From Alphaproteobacteria bacterium (GTDB lineage Bacteria > Pseudomonadota > Alphaproteobacteria > UBA6615), in contig JAYPPL010000010.1 in the NCBI GenBank assembly GCA_038131445.1, positions 234,683-298,682 on the forward strand: a DNA stretch of 64,000 bases, read 5' to 3'. A program made the translations under genes and the position numbers. The first letter of the stretch is position 1. Each line of letters begins with the position of its first letter. Under the pieces are notes generated by a model. It was not told the DNA's origin. It did not search any database and was given only the letters and a program-made list of their open reading frames with translations. Below are positions 56,550-64,000 of the stretch, one piece after another.

Positions 56550-58023
56550 ATGGCCAAACTTACCGATCTGACTATTGCCGAAGCAGGTGTAGGACTAGCG
56601 GCGGGCGACTTCACGGCGCGCGAGTTGACTGACGCATACCTATTGGAGATGGAGGCCTCGCGCGGCCTCAATGCCTATTTCGAGGAAACGCCCGAGCGCG
56701 CGCGCGAGATGGCCGAGGCCTCGGATGCGCGGCGAGGCCGCGGCGAGGCCTCGGGGCCGCTCGACGGCATTCCGCTGGCGATCAAGGATTTGTTCTGCAC
56801 CGAGGGTGTTCTCTCGACATCGTCCAGTCGCATCCTCGAGGGCTTCCGCCCGACCTATGAGTCTACGGTCACCCAGCAGCTCTGGGACGCGGGCGCTGTC
56901 CTACTCGGCAAGACGAGCATGGACGAGTTCGCAATGGGCTCTGCCAACATCACCAGCTGCTACGGCCCAGTGATCAACCCGTGGAAAGCATCCGGTGGCG
57001 ATGCGGCGGGCAAGGATATGGTGCCGGGCGGCTCGTCCGGCGGTTCGGCGGCCGCCGTTGCGGCGCGCATCGCGGCGGGCGCGACAGGCACGGACACCGG
57101 CGGCTCGATCCGCCAGCCGGGTGCTTTCTGCGGGGTCGTCGGGCTGAAGCCGACCTACGGGCGCTGCTCGCGCTGGGGTATCATCGCGTTCGCATCCTCA
57201 CTCGACCAGGCCGGGCCGATCACTCGGACGGTGCGCGATGCGGCGATCATGCTCGGCGGCATGGCGGGCTACGACCCCAAGGATTCAACCAGCGTCGATC
57301 TTCCGGTGCCGGACTTCACCGACCGCGCTGACCGGCGACATTCGCGGCCTGCGCGTCGGCGTGCCCGCCGAGTATCGTATGGACGGTACGCCTGCCGAGA
57401 TCGAGGCGCTGTGGCAGCAGGGCGTGGACTGGCTGTGCGAGGCGGGTGCGGAGATCGTCAACATCTCGCTGCCCCACACGAAATACGCGCTGCCGGCCTA
57501 TTACATCGTGGCGCCCGCCGAAGCCTCGTCCAACCTCGCGCGCTATGACGGCATGCGCTACGGCCTACGGGTCGAGGGCGAGGACCTGACCGACACCTAT
57601 GAGCGCACCCGCGAGGAGGGCTTCGGGGCCGAGGTGAAGCGCCGGATCATGATCGGCACCTATGTGCTGTCTGCGGGTTACTACGACGCCTACTACCTGA
57701 AGGCCCAGCGGGTGCGTACGCGCATCGCCGAGGATTTCAAATCAGCCTTCGAGAACTGCGACGTGATCCTGACGCCGACCACCCCTAGCACGGCCTTCGC
57801 GCTGGGCGAGAAGCAGGATGACCCAATCGCCATGTACCTGAACGACATCTTCACGGTGCCGGCCTCCATGGCCGGGCTGCCGGCAATCTCGGTGCCTGCG
57901 GGGTTGTCCGCGGACGGATTACCTCTGGGCCTGCACCTGATCGGCCCGGCTTTCGGTGAGGAGGCCGTGCTGCGCGCCGCCGACATGATTGAGCGCGCTG
58001 CGGGCTTCGACGCGCGACCGTAA
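56550..58023 (+). pseudogene. gatA: Asp/Glu-tRNA amidotransferase subunit A, interrupted by an apparent 1-nt insertion at about 57318-57327 (may be a sequencing error)
   Basis: ORF 56550..57548 is GatA up to ...[12 protein letters not shown] (amidase signature [23 protein letters not shown]) and then becomes Arg-rich nonsense. ORF 57238..58023, one base further along in phase, continues [17 protein letters not shown]...[12 protein letters not shown]...[20 protein letters not shown]. The total of 1474 nt equals 491 codons plus one extra base. Confidence 0.9.
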
Positions 58024-58052
58024 AGGCGCATACTGGCGAGCGGAACACAGAC

Positions 58053-59600
58053 ATGACCGACGCAACCGAAACCTTCCCTGACGCGATCCCGGGCCACCTA
58101 GCCGGACACATCACCTCGCGCATCGGCCACAATTCCGACGACCTGATCGAGGGCGAGACCGGTACGTGGGAGATTATTGTCGGTATGGAAGTGCATGCGC
58201 AGGTCTCGTCGGAATCGAAGTTGTTCTCCGGCACCCCTGCGGCTTTCGGCGCGGAGCCGAACACGCAGGTCAGCCTGATCGACGCGGCCATGCCGGGCAT
58301 GCTGCCGGTGCTGAACGCGGCGGCGATCCGCCAGGCGGTGCGCACGGGGCTGGGGTTGAACGCGCAGATCAACCTGCGCTCGGTTTTCGACCGGAAGAAC
58401 TATTTCTACCCGGACCTGCCGCAGGGCTACCAGATCAGCCAGTTCTCCGACCCCATCGTGGGCGAGGGCAGGGTGACCGTTGACCTCGAGGACGGCGAAA
58501 GTTTCGAGGTGGGTATCGTGCGCATCCATCTGGAGCAGGATGCTGGCAAGTCGGTCCATGACCGCCGCCCGGATGCCACCTGCATCGATTTGAACCGCTC
58601 CGGTGTCGCGCTTATGGAAATCGTCTCTAAGCCCGATATCCGCTCGGCGGCAGAAGCGGCGGCCTATCTCGCCAAACTGCGCTCGATCCTGCGCTATCTG
58701 GGCACCTGCGACGGCAACATGCAGGAAGGCTCGCTGCGCGCCGATGTGAACGTTTCCGTCCGCAAGCCGGGCGGCGAGTTGGGCACGCGCTGCGAGATCA
58801 AGAACGTCAACTCGATCCGCTTCGTCCGCCAGGCCGTGGACTATGAGGCGCGCCGCCAGATCGGGATCCTGGAGGACGGCGGGGAGATCGATCAGGAAAC
58901 CCGCCTGTTCGACCCCGACCGAGGCGAGACCCGCTCCATGCGCTCCAAGGAAGAGGCGCATGACTACCGCTATTTCCCGGACCCGGATCTGCTGCCGGTG
59001 GTGCTGGAGCAGTCATTCGTGGACGAGATTGCGGCGAGCCTGCCGGAACTGCCCGACCGGAAGGCCGCGCGCTTCGCCGACGAGTTCGGCCTCAGCGCCT
59101 ATGACGCGGGCCTGCTGGTTGCCGACCGCGAGACAGCGGATTTCTACGAGCAGGTGGTGGATGCGGGCGGCGCGAAGCGCGATCCCAAGATCGCCGCCAA
59201 CTGGATGACCGGCGACTTTTTCCGCCGGCTCAACGCCGACGACCTTGCGATTGCGGCCTCACCCGTGAGCGCCGGCCAGTTGGGCGGGATGCTCGACCTG
59301 ATCGCCGACGGTACCATCTCGGGTAAGATCGCCAAGGATGTCTTCGACGCCATGTGGGAGAGCGGCACGGACGCCGCGGATATCGTGGAAGAGAAGGGGC
59401 TAAAGCAGATCTCCGACACCGGCGAGATTTCCGCCATCGTCGACCAGATCATTGCCGACAACCCCGAACAGTCGGAACAGTACCGTTCCGGCAACACCAA
59501 GGTCGCGGGCTGGTTTACCGGCCAGGTGATGAAGGCGACCCAGGGTAAGGCCAACCCGCAGATGGTCAACCAGCTCCTCCAGGAAAAGCTGGGGAGTTAA
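58053..59600 (+). CDS. gatB: Asp/Glu-tRNA amidotransferase subunit B
   Basis: 515 aa. [45 protein letters not shown], and a C-terminal YqeY-like region. Confidence 0.95.
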   Translation: MTDATETFPDAIPGHLAGHITSRIGHNSDDLIEGETGTWEIIVGMEVHAQVSSESKLFSGTPAAFGAEPNTQVSLIDAAMPGMLPVLNAAAIRQAVRTGLGLNAQINLRSVFDRKNYFYPDLPQGYQISQFSDPIVGEGRVTVDLEDGESFEVGIVRIHLEQDAGKSVHDRRPDATCIDLNRSGVALMEIVSKPDIRSAAEAAAYLAKLRSILRYLGTCDGNMQEGSLRADVNVSVRKPGGELGTRCEIKNVNSIRFVRQAVDYEARRQIGILEDGGEIDQETRLFDPDRGETRSMRSKEEAHDYRYFPDPDLLPVVLEQSFVDEIAASLPELPDRKAARFADEFGLSAYDAGLLVADRETADFYEQVVDAGGAKRDPKIAANWMTGDFFRRLNADDLAIAASPVSAGQLGGMLDLIADGTISGKIAKDVFDAMWESGTDAADIVEEKGLKQISDTGEISAIVDQIIADNPEQSEQYRSGNTKVAGWFTGQVMKATQGKANPQMVNQLLQEKLGS

Positions 59601-59604
59601 GAAG

Positions 59605-59730
59605 CCCTTCTCCGAAGGGGAGAGGGGTTTAGGGTGAGGGGGTAAGAACTTTTCGTGTTCGCGTCGATAGACCGTAAACCCTCACCCGGCTCACAATGGC
59701 TCGCCACCCTCTCCCTCAGGGAGAGGGTTT
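59605..59730. repeat. REP-like nested palindromic intergenic element (two related hairpins bracketing a GGGTGAGGG/CCCTCACCC pair)
   Basis: Hairpin A is cccttctcc-gaagg-ggagagggg (59605-59627) followed by ttt. GGGTGAGGG (59632-59640) pairs with CCCTCACCC (59679-59687). Hairpin B is ccctctccc-tca-gggagaggg (59707-59727) followed by tttgttt, ending 5 nt before the AEC transporter ATG. Confidence 0.55.
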
Positions 59731-59734
59731 GTTT

Positions 59735-60667
59735 ATGACCTCCGTTCTCACCATTGTTGTGCCCGTCTTTGCGCTGATTGGCCTTGGCGTACTGGGCGGC
59801 AAGTCGCGGTTCTTTCCGGAAGCCGCCGTCACCGGTCTCACCAATTTCGTACTGTATGTGGCCGTGCCCGCGCTGCTGTTCCGTATTCTGGTGCGCAACG
59901 CGCCGATGGACGCGCTGAACCTCGACGTGGCCTTCGCCTATTACCTAGGCAGCTTCGCCGTGGCGCTGGGGGCGATGGCGCTGGGCCGCCTTGTCTTCGG
60001 CCTGACGGGCGGCGAGCGCGCCTCCTTCGCGATGGGGTCGATGTTCTCCAACACCGGACTGATTGGCATCCCGCTGGTCTTCGCGACCTGGGGCGCGGCG
60101 GGAACGGTGCCGCTGATGATGGTCATTAGCTTCCACTCGCTGGTATTCGTCACCCTCTACATGGTGCTGCACGATCTGGCGAAATCCGGCGCGGTCGGCT
60201 GGCGGAATGTCGGCCGGGCTGGCGTCAACGCCATCGTCACCAATCCGGTGGTGATCGCCATCGTCGTGGGGCTGGCCTGGTCGGGCGCCGGGATCGGCCT
60301 GCCGGACCTGCTGGGCCGCATCATTGGTATGCTGGCCGATGCGGCGATCCCGGCGGCGCTGTTCGCGCTGGGCGCGTCGCTGGCGCGCTTCAAGGTGGAA
60401 GGCAACGTGCCCCAGGCTACGGTGATGTCATTCATCAAGCTGGTGGTGCACCCGCTGATGGTGTTCGCCGTCGCGCACTTCGTTTTCGCGCTGGAACCGC
60501 TGGAGGTGGCGGTGGTCACCCTGACGGCGGGCCTGCCGGGCGGGCTGATGGTGTTCGTGGTGGCGCGGTCCTACGGGGTCTATGTGGCGCGTGCCGGCAC
60601 CTCGCTGGTGATCGGCACTGCGGGCGGGATCGTCACGCTGTCATTGCTGCTGGCCTGGCTGGTATGA
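59735..60667 (+). CDS. AEC (auxin efflux carrier) family transporter
   Basis: The internal start MTSVLTIVVPVFALIGLG at 59735 gives 310 aa with about 10 TM segments. The ORF's earlier start lies inside the repeat element. Confidence 0.85.
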   Translation: MTSVLTIVVPVFALIGLGVLGGKSRFFPEAAVTGLTNFVLYVAVPALLFRILVRNAPMDALNLDVAFAYYLGSFAVALGAMALGRLVFGLTGGERASFAMGSMFSNTGLIGIPLVFATWGAAGTVPLMMVISFHSLVFVTLYMVLHDLAKSGAVGWRNVGRAGVNAIVTNPVVIAIVVGLAWSGAGIGLPDLLGRIIGMLADAAIPAALFALGASLARFKVEGNVPQATVMSFIKLVVHPLMVFAVAHFVFALEPLEVAVVTLTAGLPGGLMVFVVARSYGVYVARAGTSLVIGTAGGIVTLSLLLAWLV

Positions 60668-60671
60668 GCGT

Positions 60672-63600
60672 CTAGTCGTCGCCCGCTTCGCGCTGCGGCT
60701 GGCCGGACAGTTCGCGCTCCAGTGCCCGCTCGATGGCTAAGCGTGGCTTCGAATATCCCGCGAGCAGGTTGTAGAGCACCGGGGTCAGGAACAGCGTCAG
60801 TACTAGCGCGAGGCCGAGGCCGCCGACAATCACCGAGCCGATGGCGATGCGGCTTTCCGCGCCCGCACCGGTCGCGAGCACCAGCGGCACCGCGCCGAGG
60901 ATGGTCGAAATTACCGTCATCACGATGGGCCGGAAGCGTAGGACCGAGGCTTCCAACACGGCGTCGCGTACCGCCATACCCTCGTCGCGCAGCTGGTTGG
61001 CGAACTCCACGATCAGGATGCCGTTCTTCGCCATCAGCCCGATCAGTAGCACGATGCCGATCTGGCTATAAACATTGAGCGACAGCCCGGCGACGAACAG
61101 GGCGTAGATCGCGCCCGCCACGGCCAACGGCACCGACAGCATGATGACAAGCGGATGGATGAAGCTCTCGAACTGGGCGGCCAGCACCAAAAAGACGATC
61201 AGCAACGCCAACAGGAACACCTTTATCGTGTCGCTGGAGGTGTCTTTGAAGACGGCGGACTGGCCGGCATAGCCCAGCCGTGCGCCGTCGGGCAGGACCT
61301 GCTCGGCTCCGGCCTCCATATAGGAAATGGCATCACCCAGTGCGTAGCCCGGCTCAAGCCCGGCCTCGATGGTGATAGAGGGCAGGCGATCCGTCCGGCG
61401 CAGTTCCGGCGCGGCCGCGCTTTCGCTGGCGCTGACTAGCGCGCTAAGCGGCACGAGGGAGTTCTCGCTGCCGCCCGCTCGGACGAAGACGTTGGAGATA
61501 TCCTTGGGCGTCCGCCGGTCGGTGCGCTGGGCCTGCACGATCACAGGGTATTCGCGGCCCCGGTCGATGTAGTTTGTCACCTCGCGGGAGGCGAACATGG
61601 TCTGTAGCGTCTGAGCCACCTTCTCGGCGGGGATGCCGAGATCGTTGGCGACGCTGCGGTCGAGGCGTAGATTGAGCTGGGGCTGGTTTTCCTCGTAGTC
61701 GATCTGAGGGTTGATGAGGCGTTCGTTGGCCTCGGCATACTCAAGTAGGGCGGCGGCCCATTCCTTCACTAGCTCGAAGTCCGGTCCGCCGACGACAATG
61801 CGCAGCGGGGTCGAGTTGCCGCGCAGGCCGAGGCCTGCCGGGCTTGCCACGCCGGCGCGTGCGCCCGCCAGGCCGCGAGCGGCGGGCTGCACCGCGTTGA
61901 CCACATCGGACTGGCTCGCCTCGCGGTCTTCCCATTGGGCCAGCCGCATGACCACGAAGGCGCGGTAGGGGCGGTTGCCCCAGCCGACCAGCGAATAGAC
62001 GGTGGTGATGTTGCCGTTCGCCACCTGGGGGGCCAGCGCGCGCTCGATGATGCGCGCTTGCTCGTCGGTGTAGGCAACGGTCGCCCCTTGGGGCGCGGTG
62101 ATCGGTACAAAGGCGACGCCGCGATCCTCGCGCGGGGCGAGTTCGCGCGGCACGGTTTCATAAAGGCCGATCGCCCCGGCGACGAAGACCAGCGACAGGG
62201 CGATGATTACGCCGGGCATGGCGATCGCGCGGTCGAGGAGTCCTCGATAGGTGCGCCCGAGGCGGTTTCTAGCGACAGCCTGATCGCCGTCCACCGGTCG
62301 AATTTCCCCCTTTGCATTATGCGGTCTAACGATGCGCGAGGCGATCATAGGGCATAGGGTCAGTGCGACGAAGGTGGAGATCACCACCGCACCGGCCATC
62401 ACCATGCCGAATTCGCTGAACAGGCGCCCGACCTGGCCGCCCAAGAAGGAGATTGGCACGAAGACGGCGATCAGCGTGACGGAGGTCGCGATCACCGCGA
62501 ATGTCACCTGCCGGGTACCACGCACGGCCGCGACCATGGCGGACTCACCAGTGTCGGAGCGTCGCTGGATGTTCTCCAGCACCACGATGGCGTCGTCCAC
62601 GACGAGGCCGATGGCCAGCAGCAGCGCCAACAGGGTCAGGACGTTGATTGAGAAGCCGAAGGCGCTGACTAGCGACAGGCAGCCGATTAGCGCCACGGGA
62701 ATAGTGACGGCGGGCACCATCGTCGCACGGAAGGAGCGTAGAAAGGCTAGGATCACGAGGATCACCAGCGCCAGCGAGATGCCCAGTGCGATCAGCACCT
62801 CGCGGATCGAGGCGGAGATGAACAGCGCATCGTCGGAGCCGACGATGATCTTCATGCCTTCGGGCAGCGTGGATCCCATCTCCGCGATCTCGGCCCGGAT
62901 GGCTCTGGAGATGGCCATGGTGTTGGCTTGGCTCTGGCGTATCACCTGCATGCCGACGGCCGGCTGACCGTTGGCTCGCACGATGGTGTTGTCGTCCTCC
63001 ACCCCGCGTTCGACCGTCGCTACGTCGCCGAGGCGGACCGGGTAGCCGTCGATCGTGGCCAGCGAAATGTTGCGGAACTGTTCGGGCGTCGCCAGTCGGC
63101 TATCGAGGCGGATATCCAGTAGGCGCTGGCTGGAGATGATCTCACCGGCGGGCAGCTCGACGTTGTTTCGGCGTATTGCGGCCTCGACGTCCGCAACAGT
63201 GAGTTTCCGGGCCGCCAGCGCGCGCCGGTCCAGCCAGATGCGGATGGCGTAGCGGCGCTCACCGCGCATATCGACGGAGGCGACGCCGTCCAGCGTCGAG
63301 AGGCGATCGATCACAAAACGTTCGACAAAATCAGTGATTTCCGCTGGCGTATGGCGATCCGAAGTAACGGCGATCCGCATCACCGGGTCGGCGTCGCTGT
63401 CGGACTTGATAACGCGCGGTTCGTCCGCCCCCTCGGGCAGGCTGGCGCGGATGCGGCCCACGGCGTCGCGCACGTCGTTGGCGGCCTCGTCGATGTTCCG
63501 GCTTGTCTCGAACTCGATAACGGTGCTGCTGCGCCCGCGCCGGCTCTGAGAGGAAATGGTCTTGATGCCCGACACGCCCGCGACGGAGCTTTCGACGATC

Positions 63601-63794
63601 TCTGTAATGTCGGTATCGACAATCTGGGGTGTGGCGCCGGTGTAGGTGGTGACCACGGTGACCACAGCGGAATCCACGTCGGGCAGCTCGCGTATGGGCA
63701 GGCTGAGGAGCGAGGCGACACCGAGTACGACGATCATCAGGCTCGCGACGAGCGCCAGCACGGGCCGCCGGATAGAGAGGTCGGACAGGGTCAT
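60672..63794 (-). CDS. RND family efflux transporter permease (AcrB/HAE1-like)
   Basis: 1040 aa. MTLSDLSIRRPVLALV N-terminus, 12-TM architecture with two large periplasmic loops, and VVDDAIVVLENI. Confidence 0.95.
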   Translation of the reverse strand: MTLSDLSIRRPVLALVASLMIVVLGVASLLSLPIRELPDVDSAVVTVVTTYTGATPQIVDTDITEIVESSVAGVSGIKTISSQSRRGRSSTVIEFETSRNIDEAANDVRDAVGRIRASLPEGADEPRVIKSDSDADPVMRIAVTSDRHTPAEITDFVERFVIDRLSTLDGVASVDMRGERRYAIRIWLDRRALAARKLTVADVEAAIRRNNVELPAGEIISSQRLLDIRLDSRLATPEQFRNISLATIDGYPVRLGDVATVERGVEDDNTIVRANGQPAVGMQVIRQSQANTMAISRAIRAEIAEMGSTLPEGMKIIVGSDDALFISASIREVLIALGISLALVILVILAFLRSFRATMVPAVTIPVALIGCLSLVSAFGFSINVLTLLALLLAIGLVVDDAIVVLENIQRRSDTGESAMVAAVRGTRQVTFAVIATSVTLIAVFVPISFLGGQVGRLFSEFGMVMAGAVVISTFVALTLCPMIASRIVRPHNAKGEIRPVDGDQAVARNRLGRTYRGLLDRAIAMPGVIIALSLVFVAGAIGLYETVPRELAPREDRGVAFVPITAPQGATVAYTDEQARIIERALAPQVANGNITTVYSLVGWGNRPYRAFVVMRLAQWEDREASQSDVVNAVQPAARGLAGARAGVASPAGLGLRGNSTPLRIVVGGPDFELVKEWAAALLEYAEANERLINPQIDYEENQPQLNLRLDRSVANDLGIPAEKVAQTLQTMFASREVTNYIDRGREYPVIVQAQRTDRRTPKDISNVFVRAGGSENSLVPLSALVSASESAAAPELRRTDRLPSITIEAGLEPGYALGDAISYMEAGAEQVLPDGARLGYAGQSAVFKDTSSDTIKVFLLALLIVFLVLAAQFESFIHPLVIMLSVPLAVAGAIYALFVAGLSLNVYSQIGIVLLIGLMAKNGILIVEFANQLRDEGMAVRDAVLEASVLRFRPIVMTVISTILGAVPLVLATGAGAESRIAIGSVIVGGLGLALVLTLFLTPVLYNLLAGYSKPRLAIERALERELSGQPQREAGDD

Positions 63795-64000
63795 GATCCG
63801 GCTGCCGTGCCTCCCTTACCCCCTTTGCCGGGCCCGCCGTGCTGGCCGCCCGGTCCGCCACCTGGCCCAACCATGCGCACGGGTCGGCCGTCTTTTGCCT
63901 TCTGCACGCCGCGGGTGATGACAGCTTCGCCCTCGGCGATGCCTTCGATGATCTCTACGTTGCCGAAGGAGCGCTGGCCCAGTTTCATAGGACGCTTGCG
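63791..64000 (-). CDS. RND efflux periplasmic adaptor (MFP), 3' end only; the gene continues beyond the window
   Basis: The C-terminal GNVEIIEGIAEGEAVITRG beta-barrel/MP-domain motif is followed by a Gly-rich tail. The stop overlaps the RND permease start. Confidence 0.75.
   Translation of the reverse strand, partial: RKRPMKLGQRSFGNVEIIEGIAEGEAVITRGVQKAKDGRPVRMVGPGGGPGGQHGGPGKGGKGGTAAGS

Noticed and set aside
1-64000. Search for CRISPR arrays, rRNA/tRNA genes, IS elements, integrases, and toxin-antitoxin or defence gene clusters
   Set aside because: I saw no regularly spaced repeats, no transposase or integrase-like ORFs, no tRNA cloverleaf candidates, and no gene pairs or operons resembling known defence architectures. 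The window is dominated by conserved housekeeping operons.

Overview
This is a high-GC chromosomal window in gene orders typical of Alphaproteobacteria, and it is almost entirely core housekeeping genes. The blocks are: rpsF-rpsR-rplI, divergent from fabD-fabG-acpP-fabF-mltG; yicC-gmk; lptF-lptG-lptD-surA-rsmA, divergent from pepA-holC; ndk; purM-purN, divergent from DUF2066-hda; ppk-ppx; rnd, divergent from aspS; eipB-like; ROK kinase-dinB; divK-like; rpmG; an S41 peptidase; pyrB-pyrC'-plsY-(dprA remnant)-topA-rnr; ruvX; gatCAB; an AEC transporter; and an RND efflux pump that runs off the right edge. I found no rRNA, tRNA, CRISPR array, transposase, integrase, prophage module or recognisable defence or toxin-antitoxin system. 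I do not see convincing evidence for a novel multi-gene system here. Four things deserve a second look. (1) There are many gene lesions for 64 kb: a frameshifted quinone oxidoreductase, an SDR with an in-frame amber codon, a dprA reduced to a 3' stub with an internal stop, a DUF559 stub, a shattered fasciclin gene, and a +1 frameshift in the normally essential gatA. The two single-base frameshifts sit at short G/C runs, so sequencing error must be excluded first. (2) A visibly AT-richer, gene-poor islet lies at about 52.4-56.25 kb. It separates ruvX from gatC and carries gene remnants, a cupin gene flanked by a perfect 24-bp direct repeat, and small orphan ORFs. (3) Two conserved small genes fall below the ORF-track cutoff: rpmG and a 41-aa membrane peptide resembling aa3 oxidase subunit IV. 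(4) Regulatory or functional oddities include a textbook Pho-box direct repeat upstream of ppk, an orphan DivK-like receiver with Ala at the conserved switch Thr, a PyrC'-type dihydroorotase lacking the HxH metal ligands, and a REP-like nested palindrome downstream of gatB. All functional calls come from reading the translated ORFs and recalling family motifs. No database search was run.
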